Counted from the first letter of the stretch, positions 21,678 to 32,141 are shown. The stretch: DNA of 41,736 nucleotides from Ilumatobacteraceae bacterium (GCA_030728545.1 JANQZQ010000110.1:14556-56291); one strand, 5' to 3'. Translations and numbers: made by a program. The notes: generated by a model from the letters alone, not told the origin.

Positions 21678-24308
21678 CTACGCGCGCCGGGCCGCTTCAA
21701 CGGCCTGCGTTGCTGTCGCCAGAGCATCGTCGATGGCTGCAACATTCTTGCCACCAGCAGTGGCGATGTCGCCCTTGCCGCCGCCACCCCCGCCAACCTG
21801 CTTGGCTGCATCTTTGATGAGTTCGCCAGCCTTCAGCCCGCTCGTTGGCGCCACAGCAGCCACAAGTGCCACACCACCAGTGTCAGAAACACCACCCAGC
21901 ACCACGGCCACCACATTGGGCGTCGACCGAATGGCAATTGCCAAATCGCGTAGATCCGCTGGGGCCAGCCCGTCGACGCGCGCCACCACTACGCCATCCA
22001 CCGCTTTGGCAGCAAAGTCACCCGCTCGCGACAATGTTTGTGCTGCTCGAAGTTTCTTTATCTCGTCGCCGAGTGCCTTGGCGTTGTCGACGGCGCGTTG
22101 TGCCGCGGCCACCACATCGTCTGGTTTGGTTCCCAGCACATCGGCCGCATTGGCCAGCGTGTCGGTGAGATCGAGCAGATAGCGAATGGCGTTCTCGCCC
22201 GTGACTGCTTCGACACGACGCAGGTTGCTGCCGATCGAGCCTTCACTCACGATTTTGATCGGCCCAATGTCCCCAGTTGCCGAAACATGCGTGCCACCGC
22301 ACAACTCGAGCGAGCTGCCAGCCTCGAGCACTCGAACAACGTCGCCGTATTTGTCGCCAAAAAATGCGATGGCACCTTTATCGGTTGCCGCCTGTTTAGA
22401 CATTTCGTTGGCGCTCACCTGGCTATTGGCGATCACTTCGGAGTTCGCCATTTGCTCGATGCGACGAATCTCAGCAGGCGTGACGGCTTCGTAATGGCTG
22501 AAGTCGAACCGCAGTCGATCAGGCGCCACGAGCGAGCCGGCTTGCTTCACGTGCTCGCCCAGCACCTTGCGCAACGCCCAGTGCAACACATGGGTCGCGG
22601 TGTGATTACGTCGGGTCGCCGCTCGGGCAACACCATCGATCGCAGCGTGCACGGTGGTGCCGGCTGCGAACTGGCCGCGAGTAATGCGCACCAGATGGCG
22701 TCGCAACCCGGGGGCAGCAAACGTGGTGTCGATTACTTGGGCACTGGCTGAGTCGGCTGTAATCGTGCCGGTGTCGCCAACTTGGCCACCACTCTCGGCA
22801 TAAAACGGCGACGCTTCAAGGAACATCTCGAACACCGCTGAGCCGTCATCGTGATCAAACGGCCCGAGCACCTCAATGACCTTGGTGTCGGCAGTGTCGT
22901 GGTCGTAGCCAACGAAGTTGGTGGCGCCATGGTTGTCGACTAAGGCCTTGTAAATGGCAACCCGCTGTGGGTCGGCGGTGTCACTCTTGCGAGCGCTCTT
23001 GGCGCGTTCTCGCTGCTCGCCCATCTCTTGCTCGAAGCCTGCCGTATCGACGTCAACGCCACGTTCTGCCGCGATTTCTTGGGTCAGCTCCAGCGGAAAC
23101 CCGTAAGTGTCGTGCAGTTGGAACGCCGCCGAACCCGAGATGGATTTTTTCTTGGCGCCGATTTCGTCTTCAAGGATGGTGAGACCGTTGCGAAGTGTCG
23201 AGCGAAACTTCTCTTCTTCGCGGGTGATGACCCCAAGGATGAAATCGCTGTTGGTCGCCAACTCGGGATACGCACCTTTCATAATGCCGAGCGAGGTCTC
23301 GACTAGCGAAGGCATCACCAGCTTCTCGCATCCCAACAAATAGGCATGCCGCACCGCGCGCCGAATGATGCGTCGCAGAACGTAGCCGCGGCCTTCATTC
23401 GACGGAAACACCCCGTCGTTGATCATCATCATCGATGAACGTGCGTGTTCGGCGAGCACCCGCAAACTAAAACTTGGCCGGTGGTCGTAGTCACCGACGC
23501 GGTACTCGGCACCCGTGAGGCGCCGACCCGTATCAACGAGCGGTGCCATCAGGTCGGTTTCCCAGACCGAGTCGACACCTTGCACCAAAGTCAGGATGCG
23601 TTCAAAGCCGGCACCCGTGTCGATCGACGGCCGTGGCAAGCGGGTGCGTGTGCCGTCTTTGGATTGGTTGTATTGCATGAACACCAGATTCCAAAATTCA
23701 AGAAAGCGATCGCCTGCTGGGTCGTTTAGCGGCCCACCGTCGGGGCCAAAGGCGCTTCCGCGGTCGATATGAATTTCAGAGCACGGGCCACACGGGCCAA
23801 CGTCGCCCATCTGCCAGAAATTGTCGCTGTCGCCGAGGCGTTGAATGCGCGACATCGGTACCCCGACCACTTCATGCCAGATTTGTTCGGCCTCGTCATC
23901 GCTTTCGTGCACGGTGATCCACAATTGATCGCCGTCGAACCCGAACACCTCGGTCGCGAGTTCCCATCCCCACGGAATGGCTTGTTCTTTGAAGTAGTCA
24001 CCGAAACTGAAGTTGCCAAGCATCTCAAAGAACACGAGGTGTCGCTTAGTGCGACCGACATCGTCAAGGTCGTTGTGCTTGCCACCTGCCCGCACGCACT
24101 TCTGCACACTCACTGCACGATTGAATGGAGCGGTTTCCTCGCCGACGAAGTACGGCTTGAACGGCACCATGCCGGCCACCGTGAACATGATTGTTGGGTC
24201 AAACGGAATCAAACTCGCCGACGGCACCACCGTGTGCTGTCGATCAGCGAAGAAACCAACGAAAGCCTGGCGAAGGTCGTCAGCCGTTTTGATATCGGCG
24301 CGGGCCAT
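21678..24308 (-). CDS. alaS: Alanine--tRNA ligase
   Basis: 876 aa. Motifs FTVAGMVPFKPYF, editing-domain HTATHVLHWALR, and C-terminal GGGGGGK (DHHA1). Confidence 0.98.
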   Translation of the reverse strand: MARADIKTADDLRQAFVGFFADRQHTVVPSASLIPFDPTIMFTVAGMVPFKPYFVGEETAPFNRAVSVQKCVRAGGKHNDLDDVGRTKRHLVFFEMLGNFSFGDYFKEQAIPWGWELATEVFGFDGDQLWITVHESDDEAEQIWHEVVGVPMSRIQRLGDSDNFWQMGDVGPCGPCSEIHIDRGSAFGPDGGPLNDPAGDRFLEFWNLVFMQYNQSKDGTRTRLPRPSIDTGAGFERILTLVQGVDSVWETDLMAPLVDTGRRLTGAEYRVGDYDHRPSFSLRVLAEHARSSMMMINDGVFPSNEGRGYVLRRIIRRAVRHAYLLGCEKLVMPSLVETSLGIMKGAYPELATNSDFILGVITREEEKFRSTLRNGLTILEDEIGAKKKSISGSAAFQLHDTYGFPLELTQEIAAERGVDVDTAGFEQEMGEQRERAKSARKSDTADPQRVAIYKALVDNHGATNFVGYDHDTADTKVIEVLGPFDHDDGSAVFEMFLEASPFYAESGGQVGDTGTITADSASAQVIDTTFAAPGLRRHLVRITRGQFAAGTTVHAAIDGVARAATRRNHTATHVLHWALRKVLGEHVKQAGSLVAPDRLRFDFSHYEAVTPAEIRRIEQMANSEVIANSQVSANEMSKQAATDKGAIAFFGDKYGDVVRVLEAGSSLELCGGTHVSATGDIGPIKIVSEGSIGSNLRRVEAVTGENAIRYLLDLTDTLANAADVLGTKPDDVVAAAQRAVDNAKALGDEIKKLRAAQTLSRAGDFAAKAVDGVVVARVDGLAPADLRDLAIAIRSTPNVVAVVLGGVSDTGGVALVAAVAPTSGLKAGELIKDAAKQVGGGGGGKGDIATAGGKNVAAIDDALATATQAVEAARRA

Positions 24309-24312
24309 CGGC

Positions 24313-24537
24313 TTACTCGAAGAGGTCGTCGCTCGTCGAGTCGCGTTTGCTGCTCGTCGCGCCGTTCACCGTGTCAGAGACCTTGTCTTTTACGGTGATA
24401 ACCCGGTCAACAAGACCGTCGATGAATTGGTCAAGCGACTCTTTGGTGGCCAATTGGTCGGCCTGGCGACGCAGCCATCCGTAACCGAACAACGCAGCGA
24501 GGCCACCAAGCACGAACCAGAAAAGACGACGAAACAT
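24313..24537 (-). CDS. Small single-pass membrane protein (possibly DUF948/YtxH-like; tentative)
   Basis: 74 aa. N-terminal TM segment FWFVLGGLAALFGYGWL followed by a charged helical tail. Strong SD: AGGAG 5 nt upstream of the ATG, overlapping the rarA stop codon (UAGGAGCACUCAUG). Confidence 0.6.
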   Translation of the reverse strand: MFRRLFWFVLGGLAALFGYGWLRRQADQLATKESLDQFIDGLVDRVITVKDKVSDTVNGATSSKRDSTSDDLFE

Positions 24538-24545
24538 GAGTGCTC

Positions 24546-25682
24546 CTAATCGTATCGGCGCGGCGGTATCACTGAGTCGTGCGGCGAGCTCCCGTCGCGT
24601 AGATGTTGCGGAACCTCGATTGATGCGCCGCCCAACAACGCTGCCTGCGCTGCATCGATGGCTTCAACAACACCCCGACTCTTTGGGGCACCGGCCAGAT
24701 GCATTACGGCGTGCGCAAGGTTGTAGCGCGCCTCGGGCAACCCCACGTGTTCTACGGCGCTGGCTGCTGCGATGGCCACACCAAGTGCAGTCGCATCGGC
24801 CAGCCCGATGTCTTCGCTGGCGAACACGATCAAGCGCCGGGCAATGAATCGCGGGTCGTCTCCTGCTTCAATCATGCGCGCCAACCAGAACAATGCTGCT
24901 TGTTCATCAGAGGCCCGCATGCTCTTGATGAGTGCCGACACCACGTCGTAATGGTCGTCGCGGCCATAACGCAATGCACTGGTCGACAATGCGGCTTCGG
25001 CGTGGGCCAACGAAACGTGTTTATCTTTGGCCAAAGCGATGGCAACTTCTAGTGACGTCAACGCCTGACGCCCGTCCCCGCCACAACGTTGCACGATGAG
25101 TGCGCAAGCCTCTGGCGCCAAAGTTGCCGATTCAACTGCTGCACCGCGCTCTAACAATTTGCTGAGGTCGTCGTCACCCAGCACCTCGAGCCGCAACAAA
25201 GTTGACCTGCTGCGCAATGGTGCATTCACTTGGAAGAACGGGTTCTCGGTCGTGGCACCAATCAATGTGATGAGCCCAGCCTCAACTGCAGGCAGCAGCG
25301 AATCCTGCTGAGTCGCGTTAAAGCGATGAATCTCATCGACAAACACGATGGTGCGTCGACCGTTCTGGCCGAGCCGGTCGCGGGCTGCATCGATCACCTC
25401 GCGCACGTCTTTGACCCCCGACGTCACCGCCGAGAGTCGCACAAACTCACGACTGGTGACGGTGGCGATCACTTCGGCAATGGTGGTTTTGCCGGTGCCT
25501 GGCGGGCCCCACAAGATGATCGAGCTCAGCCGGTCTGACTCGATCAATCGACGCAGCGGGCCATCCGCGCCCAGCAGGTGGGATTGACCAACGATGTCGT
25601 CGAGTGTGCGCGGGCGCAACCTTGCTGCCAGCGGCGCCTGATCACGTAGCACCTGCAGCGCGGCCTGCGTGAACAGATCCAC
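24546..25682 (-). CDS. rarA: Replication-associated recombination protein A (RarA/MgsA AAA+ ATPase)
   Basis: 378 aa. PLAARLRPRTLDDIVGQ, Walker A LWGPPGTGKTTIAE, Walker B VFVDEIHRF, and the MgsA C-domain segment DPRFIARRLIVFASEDIG. GTG start. Confidence 0.9.
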   Translation of the reverse strand: MDLFTQAALQVLRDQAPLAARLRPRTLDDIVGQSHLLGADGPLRRLIESDRLSSIILWGPPGTGKTTIAEVIATVTSREFVRLSAVTSGVKDVREVIDAARDRLGQNGRRTIVFVDEIHRFNATQQDSLLPAVEAGLITLIGATTENPFFQVNAPLRSRSTLLRLEVLGDDDLSKLLERGAAVESATLAPEACALIVQRCGGDGRQALTSLEVAIALAKDKHVSLAHAEAALSTSALRYGRDDHYDVVSALIKSMRASDEQAALFWLARMIEAGDDPRFIARRLIVFASEDIGLADATALGVAIAAASAVEHVGLPEARYNLAHAVMHLAGAPKSRGVVEAIDAAQAALLGGASIEVPQHLRDGSSPHDSVIPPRRYD

Positions 25683-25691
25683 CGCTGGCGT

Positions 25692-27455
25692 CTAGTTCGC
25701 TGGTTTGGGCAAGGTTCGCAAACCGAGTTCAAGCAACTGATTGGCTTCGACTGGCCCAGGTGCATTGGTCATCGGGTCAAGACCTGATTGCGTCTTGGGG
25801 AATGCGATGACTTCGCGAATGTTTTCTTCGCCAGCCAAGATGGCCACCAGACGATCGATACCGAAGGCGAAGCCACCGTGCGGTGGTGCACCATATTTGA
25901 AGGGCTGCAAGAAGAAACCAAATTTGCGGTCAGCCGTTTCGTCATCGATGCCGAGGAGTTGAAACACGCGACGCTGCAACTCGGGCTCGTGGATTCGAAT
26001 TGAACCCGAGCCGAGCTCCCACCCATTGAGCACGAGGTCGTAAGCCAGCGCCCGCACATTGAGCGGGTCGGTCTCCATTTTGGCCAGGTCGTCTGGGTGT
26101 GGATGACAAAACGGATGATGACCAGGTTGCGGCTTTTTGGTGGTTGGGTTCACACCCACAAAGAGAGGAAAGTCCACCACCCACACGTATCGGTACGGGC
26201 CTTCGTGTACGGGCGGTCGAGCAATGTCGTTGCGCAACGTGCCCAACACACTGCAAGTGGTGCTCCACTCATCGGCAACGAGCAACAGCAAGTCGCCAGT
26301 GGTTGCGCCAAGCGTCGCAACGAGCGCCGACTTTTCAGCATCAGAGAGAAACTTGGCCACCGGTGACTCGAGTGCCCCACCGTCGCCAACTTTCATCCAC
26401 ACCAAGCCCTTAGCCCCACTTTGCTTGGCCCGATCAGTGAGTTGGTCGAGTTTGTTGCGACCCATCGCAGCAGCCTCGGGATACGTGGCGGCATCGACGC
26501 ACAGCCCCTTGATCGATCCGGCCGTAGCGAAGGCCTTGAATTCGGTGGCGGCGAACACCGCGGTGAGCTCGACGAGCTCGAGCCCAAACCGCAAGTCGGG
26601 TTTGTCTGAGCCGAAACGATTCATGGCATCATGCCAGGTGATTTGTTCGATTGGTGGCGGTGTGACACCCGTGGCCGCATGGGCTGCGGCCAACACCGCC
26701 TGAGAGATGGCGCTCAAGACGTCTTCTTTGTCGACAAAACTCATCTCGGCGTCGAGTTGGGTGAACTCATACTGCCGATCAGCGCGAAGATCTTCGTCGC
26801 GCAAACAACGTGCGATTTGGTAGTAGCGATCCATACCTGCGACCATGAGCAACTGTTTCCACAGCTGTGGCGATTGCGGCAAGGCATAAAACGAACCGGG
26901 TTCCTTACGGGACGGCACCAAAAACTCGCGAGCACCTTCAGGTGTCGACGGCATGAGCAGTGGGGTTTCGACTTCGACGAAACCCTGATTCTCCATCGCC
27001 GTACGAATGGCGGAGTTGACGCTGGCCCGCAAGCGCAGGTTGCGTTGCATACGTTCGCGACGCACGTCGAGATATCGGAACTTCAGTCGAATGTTTTCGT
27101 CAACATCATCGGCTCGCTGGTCGATGGGAAATGGTGGCGGCTCAGCCGAATTCAACACCGTCAACGTGCAATCGGTGAGCTCAACTTCACCAGTCGGCAA
27201 GTTTGTGTTCACGGTGCCGGCCGGGCGCGCCGTCACCGTGCCAGTGATCTGTACGACCCATTCGCTTCGGGCATCGGCCCCGTCGTCGATAACACACTGT
27301 GTGACACCCGAGAAGTCACGCAAATCGATGAAGGCGAGTTTGTCGCCATGCTCGCGACGGCGAGACACCCAGCCTGCCAAGGTCACCTTGGCACCGACGT
27401 GAGATGCATTGAGTTCGCCACAGAGGTGGGTGCGCAGGGTGGTGGATGTGGTCAT
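25692..27455 (-). CDS. aspS: Aspartate--tRNA ligase
   Basis: 587 aa. Motifs FYALPQSPQLWKQLLM and class II motif 3 GGFAFGIDRLV. Confidence 0.98.
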   Translation of the reverse strand: MTTSTTLRTHLCGELNASHVGAKVTLAGWVSRRREHGDKLAFIDLRDFSGVTQCVIDDGADARSEWVVQITGTVTARPAGTVNTNLPTGEVELTDCTLTVLNSAEPPPFPIDQRADDVDENIRLKFRYLDVRRERMQRNLRLRASVNSAIRTAMENQGFVEVETPLLMPSTPEGAREFLVPSRKEPGSFYALPQSPQLWKQLLMVAGMDRYYQIARCLRDEDLRADRQYEFTQLDAEMSFVDKEDVLSAISQAVLAAAHAATGVTPPPIEQITWHDAMNRFGSDKPDLRFGLELVELTAVFAATEFKAFATAGSIKGLCVDAATYPEAAAMGRNKLDQLTDRAKQSGAKGLVWMKVGDGGALESPVAKFLSDAEKSALVATLGATTGDLLLLVADEWSTTCSVLGTLRNDIARPPVHEGPYRYVWVVDFPLFVGVNPTTKKPQPGHHPFCHPHPDDLAKMETDPLNVRALAYDLVLNGWELGSGSIRIHEPELQRRVFQLLGIDDETADRKFGFFLQPFKYGAPPHGGFAFGIDRLVAILAGEENIREVIAFPKTQSGLDPMTNAPGPVEANQLLELGLRTLPKPAN

Positions 27456-27474
27456 ACAGATGTGGTCTTACAAG

Positions 27475-28728
27475 TTAGCCGTGCAATGCTTGGCGCACTT
27501 GCGCAATGAGAGCATCTCGTTGCACGATGTGTTGCGAACCACCCTCCATCGTACGGATGATTGCAGTCTTGGCTGCCGCTTCATCTTCACCGATGATGAT
27601 TGCCAAGCGGGCTCCGGCGCGATCTGCGGATTTCATTTGTGCCTTCATGCTGCGGGCGTCGTAGGCGCGATCAGTGCCGATGCCCGCGGCGCGCAATTCG
27701 GCGCACACCGCACCAGCATGTGTGCCACCCGTGGCGTCGACCACGAACACGTCCACCCGCCCGGGCGGCGGCGCAAACACGCCTTCGGCATCGCAGGCCA
27801 ACAGCGTGCGGTCTAGCCCGAGCGCAAAGCCGATACCTGGCGTGTCTGGCCCTCCGAGTTCGGCGACCAAACCGTCGTAGCGACCACCGCCACCGATTGC
27901 CACATGGGCTGCCGACAGTGCCGTGGATACGAATTCAAACGTGGTGCGCCGGTAGTAATCCAAACCGCGCACCAAGCGGTCATCGACGATGAAGCCCACC
28001 CCAGCCGACAACAGCGCCGATTGCACATCCACGAAGTGCGCAGCTGCCTCGTCGCTTAAGTGATCTGCCATTTTGGGTGCTGCAGCAATCAATGCGGCGT
28101 CCTCTTGGCGCTTGCTGTCAAGCACTCGCAACGGGTTGCGCTCGAGCGTGGCGCGACTCTCAGCTGACAGCGCGTCGATATTGGCCGAAAAGTGCGTGCG
28201 CAAAGCAACTGCGTAACGGTCTCGATCACCCGAATCACCGAGTGAGTTCACCGACAACTGCACACCCTGCAAACCGAGGCGACGATAAAACTCGACGGCC
28301 AAACCAATGACTTCGGCGTCGAGTTGCGGGTCGTCAACACCCAGGACCTCGATACCTACTTGATCAAACTGGCGATAGCGACCCTGCTGTGGTTTTTCGT
28401 AGCGAAAATTCGGGCCGGCGTACCACACCTTCCACGGCGTCACCGGTCGATGTTCTACGAATGCCCGACAAACACTGGCGGTTTGCTCGGGCCGCAACGC
28501 CACTCGGCGGCCGCCTTTGTCTTCAAAGTCATACATTTCTTTGGTAACAATTTCTGTGGTCTCACCCACTCGCAAAAACACTCCGAGGTCTTCAAACATT
28601 GGTGGAATGATGTGCGCAAAACCTGCTAACTCAACGACATCGGCAAACGTTTGTTGAAACAGCCGCCATCGCGGGGCATCTGGGGCAAGGATGTCACGAG
28701 TGCCTGGGCTGGTAGCAAACGACGGCAC
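27475..28728 (-). CDS. hisS: Histidine--tRNA ligase
   Basis: 417 aa, GTG start. Motifs GTRDIL, RYRQFDQVGIEVLG and GGGRYDGL. Confidence 0.96.
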   Translation of the reverse strand: MPSFATSPGTRDILAPDAPRWRLFQQTFADVVELAGFAHIIPPMFEDLGVFLRVGETTEIVTKEMYDFEDKGGRRVALRPEQTASVCRAFVEHRPVTPWKVWYAGPNFRYEKPQQGRYRQFDQVGIEVLGVDDPQLDAEVIGLAVEFYRRLGLQGVQLSVNSLGDSGDRDRYAVALRTHFSANIDALSAESRATLERNPLRVLDSKRQEDAALIAAAPKMADHLSDEAAAHFVDVQSALLSAGVGFIVDDRLVRGLDYYRRTTFEFVSTALSAAHVAIGGGGRYDGLVAELGGPDTPGIGFALGLDRTLLACDAEGVFAPPPGRVDVFVVDATGGTHAGAVCAELRAAGIGTDRAYDARSMKAQMKSADRAGARLAIIIGEDEAAAKTAIIRTMEGGSQHIVQRDALIAQVRQALHG

Positions 28729-28737
28729 GAGCCAAGG

Positions 28738-30990
28738 TTAGTTCGCAGATGGATGCGAAGAACCGATATCCGCTGTGTCTGGTGCACCCGGCAACAAGCG
28801 GTACGCGTCATACACACCATCGATGTTCTTGATGATGCGCAACATCGCCTGCAGGTGGTTGGGGTCAGAGAACTCGAACTCAAATCGCATCTTCGCTACA
28901 CGGTCTGACCCAGTTTGGGTAGTGCACGAAACGATGTTGACTCGCTGATCCGATAGGGCGTTGGCGACATCGCGCAATAGTCGTGTGCGATCGAGGGCCA
29001 CGACTTCGACGGCAGCTACGAACGTGTCGTCGGCCGACAGCCCTGCCCATTCCACATCAATGATGCGCGCCGACTGCTCGCTCATGAGCGACAAAGCATT
29101 GGCGCAATCCACACGATGCACTGTCACCCCGCGACCACGCGTGATGAAGCCCATGATGTCGTCACCTGGCACGGGCGTGCAACACTTTGACAGCCGCACC
29201 AAGATGTCGTCGAGGCCTTCAACGTAGACCGAATTCTTCGTTCGCGCCGCACTCGATCGGGTGCGCATAGCCGGCATCGCTGCGAGTTCACCCGACGAAT
29301 CTGGTGCCCGCAATGCCTCGACCAGCCGTGCCACGAGTGCTCGTGCCGGAACCTTCTTCTGGCCGACTGCTGCCAGCAAACCGTTGAGGTCGCCATAGCC
29401 CAGTGCTGCAACTTCGGCCGCCAATTCGGGCGAGCCCTCCATGCGCCGCATCGACAACCCAACCCGGCGTAGTTCCTCGACGAACTCGTCGTGACCTTCA
29501 TCAACCATGTCCTCGAGTTGCTCACGAGTCCACCACTGTTTGATCTTGTTCTTGGCTTTAGTCGACGCGACGAACTCCATCCAGCCCTGTGATGGCCCGG
29601 TGCCTTGCGCCTTGGAGGTAAGAATTTCACACGTGTCGCCCGAAGCCAACTGGTAACTCAGCGCCACGAGGCGACCATTGACTCGCGCACCAACGCACGA
29701 GTGGCCCACCTCGGTGTGCACGGCATAGGCAAAGTCGACCGGTGTGGATTGCAGTGGCAGCGACACCACACGCCCCTTGGGGGTAAAGACGAACAACTCG
29801 TCTTGCTCCAAGTCGGTCTTTAAGCCCTCCAAGAATTGACGTGGGTCAGATACTTCGCCCTGCCAGTCGATGATGCGATTCAGCCATTCCACTTCTTGTG
29901 GCGTTGCCGCATCTTTATATGCCCAGTGCGATGCCACTCCCCATTCGGCGCGTTGGTGCATGTCACGCGAACGAATCTGCACTTCGATGGTCTTGCCATC
30001 TGGGCCGATCACGGTGGTGTGCAAACTTTGGTACAAGTTGAACTTGGGCATCGCGATGTAGTCCTTGAAGCGCCCGACCACCGGCTTCCAGTGTCCGTGA
30101 ATCACACCAAGTGCGCCGTAACAATCGCGCACGTCATCAACCACGATGCGAATGGCCATTAGGTCGAAAATGTCATCAAACTCGCGCCCTTTTTGCACCA
30201 TCTTTTCGTAGATGCTCCACAAGTGTTTGCCGCGAGACGTGAGCTCGGCTTTGATTTTTACGCCGACCAACATTTTGTCAACTTGGCCAAGCACGCGTGC
30301 CAAGTACACATTGCGCTCGGGCGCCCGAGTGGAGACAAGATGTTCGACTTCGGCATAACGCTTGGGAAACAGCGCTGCAAACGATAGGTCCTCAAGTTGC
30401 TGTTTGATTTCTTGCATGCCGAGCCGATGCGCAAGTGGTGCGTAGATATCGAGGGTCTCTTGGGCGACGCGTTGTTGTTTGTCGGGCGAACTAGATGCGA
30501 GCGTGCGCATGTTGTGCAGCCGGTCAGCCAACTTGATGATGAGCACCCGCAGATCGCGCGCCATGGCTACCAACATTTTGCGCATGGTGGCTGCCTGTTG
30601 TGCTTCTTGCGAATCAAATTGCAGGCGGTCGAGCTTGGTTACGCCATCGACAATGCTGGCAACTTCGTCACCGAAGATCTCAGAAATCTCCGCCAACGTA
30701 AGTTCGGTGTCTTCTACCGCATCATGCAAGAGCGCTGCGATAATCGAGGCCTCATCCAAGCCAATGTCGGCAACCACACTGGCCACAGCAACAGGATGCG
30801 TGATGTATGACTCCCCCGTGGTGCGGGTCTGATGACGATGTGCTTCACGCGACATGTCATACGCGCGATTGATCGGCGAAACCGAACCCTTGGGGTGGCG
30901 CCGCTTATACGCCGCCAGCAGTGGGGCAAGTTCGTGTGATGTCGCAGCCTGATGGCGCCGCCACGGCAATACCCGCGAACCAGAAGCCAT
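28738..30990 (-). CDS. rel: Bifunctional (p)ppGpp synthetase/hydrolase Rel (RSH long form)
   Basis: 750 aa. HD hydrolase motif HRHQTRTTGESYITHP..HDAVEDT, synthetase motif YQSLHTTV, and TGS and ACT C-terminal regions. Confidence 0.97.
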   Translation of the reverse strand: MASGSRVLPWRRHQAATSHELAPLLAAYKRRHPKGSVSPINRAYDMSREAHRHQTRTTGESYITHPVAVASVVADIGLDEASIIAALLHDAVEDTELTLAEISEIFGDEVASIVDGVTKLDRLQFDSQEAQQAATMRKMLVAMARDLRVLIIKLADRLHNMRTLASSSPDKQQRVAQETLDIYAPLAHRLGMQEIKQQLEDLSFAALFPKRYAEVEHLVSTRAPERNVYLARVLGQVDKMLVGVKIKAELTSRGKHLWSIYEKMVQKGREFDDIFDLMAIRIVVDDVRDCYGALGVIHGHWKPVVGRFKDYIAMPKFNLYQSLHTTVIGPDGKTIEVQIRSRDMHQRAEWGVASHWAYKDAATPQEVEWLNRIIDWQGEVSDPRQFLEGLKTDLEQDELFVFTPKGRVVSLPLQSTPVDFAYAVHTEVGHSCVGARVNGRLVALSYQLASGDTCEILTSKAQGTGPSQGWMEFVASTKAKNKIKQWWTREQLEDMVDEGHDEFVEELRRVGLSMRRMEGSPELAAEVAALGYGDLNGLLAAVGQKKVPARALVARLVEALRAPDSSGELAAMPAMRTRSSAARTKNSVYVEGLDDILVRLSKCCTPVPGDDIMGFITRGRGVTVHRVDCANALSLMSEQSARIIDVEWAGLSADDTFVAAVEVVALDRTRLLRDVANALSDQRVNIVSCTTQTGSDRVAKMRFEFEFSDPNHLQAMLRIIKNIDGVYDAYRLLPGAPDTADIGSSHPSAN

Positions 30991-31019
30991 AGGCCAAGCC
31001 TACGAAGCAGGGTCGGGAG

Positions 31020-32141
31020 TTATCGGCGGCGGCGTTTGCGCGGGCGAGGTGGATGCGTCAACGCGCTGTTGACAGAGCTTTTCGCCACAGTTGATTCGCG
31101 CGAAGTGGTGACTTCGGCAGCAGCCTTTTGGGCCGCACGCGTCGTGGTGTGTTCGTAGAGGGCCGCCATTTCGGCGCCCTGGGCCACTTCGTCGACCAAC
31201 CCGGCATATTTTGGTTCGCGATTCTTCAGCACCGCCAAGAGTGGTGTGGCGATGAAGATTGATGAATAGGTGCCGGTCAACATGCCCACCAACAATGCGA
31301 TGGCAAACTCTTGCAGGTTGGTTGCACCCAGTATCACTGAGCCAACGACAAGCAGCGAGATCACCGGCAACGCCGATGACAATGTGGTGTTCAACGAGCG
31401 CGCCAACACCTGGTTGGACGACACGTTAACGATGTTGCCCATGGACATTCTCGACGACGCAAAACGATCGATGTTCTCTCGCACTTTGTCGAACACCACC
31501 ACCGTGTCGTAGAGCGAATAGCCAAGAATCGTCAAAAACGCCACCACCGTTGCCGGCGTGACCTCAAAGCGAAAGATGGCATAGACCCCAACCGACACCA
31601 GCACGTCGTGCGCCATAGCCACGATGGCGGCAGCAGCCATCTTCCATTCGAATCGCCAGGCAATGAACAACGACACCAATACGAAGAACACCAGCAACGC
31701 ACGAATCGACTTGATGGTGATACTGCGCCCCCACGACGAGCTCACCGCGGCCACGCTCACTTCTTCCACCGGCAGCCCAGCCTTTTCGGCAAGCGCTGTT
31801 TGAACGGCTTCACGCACAGCACTGCTTTGATCGCCAACTTGCACTCGAATGCGCTCTCCGTCGGCACCCTGCAGCGTTTGTAATTTTGCATTAGACGTTT
31901 CGATGTCGTTTGCTTCGAGCACCTCACGCACAGCATCCATGCTCAACGTGGCGGTTACTGGTGTCTCCCAGGCAACACCACCGCGGAAGTCAATACCCAG
32001 ACTCAAACCACCGATGATGAGAGCCAGCACCGAGACCACGAGAAACGTTCCCGAGACGACGAACGCTGGCTTGCGCTTGCTGAAATAGTCGACCGTGGTC
32101 TCACCGCGGTACAGCCGACCGAACCCTGCGCCGATACTCAC
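31020..32141 (-). CDS. secF: Protein translocase subunit SecF
   Basis: 373 aa. Six-TM SecF architecture, GTGA overlap with the secD stop, and a basic C-terminal tail (PRPRKRRRR). Confidence 0.93.
   Translation of the reverse strand: MSIGAGFGRLYRGETTVDYFSKRKPAFVVSGTFLVVSVLALIIGGLSLGIDFRGGVAWETPVTATLSMDAVREVLEANDIETSNAKLQTLQGADGERIRVQVGDQSSAVREAVQTALAEKAGLPVEEVSVAAVSSSWGRSITIKSIRALLVFFVLVSLFIAWRFEWKMAAAAIVAMAHDVLVSVGVYAIFRFEVTPATVVAFLTILGYSLYDTVVVFDKVRENIDRFASSRMSMGNIVNVSSNQVLARSLNTTLSSALPVISLLVVGSVILGATNLQEFAIALLVGMLTGTYSSIFIATPLLAVLKNREPKYAGLVDEVAQGAEMAALYEHTTTRAAQKAAAEVTTSRESTVAKSSVNSALTHPPRPRKRRRR

Noticed and set aside
24536-24847. 103-aa plus-strand ORF spanning the rarA 3' end
   Set aside because: It is antisense to rarA, Arg/Pro-rich, and shows no signal of its own.
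26631-27509. 292-aa plus-strand ORF opposite aspS (and similar ORFs at 17495-18352, 5545-6369 and 18610-19320)
   Set aside because: All lie antisense within strongly conserved minus-strand genes and have low-complexity Arg/His/Ser/Thr-rich translations. They are high-GC frame artefacts.
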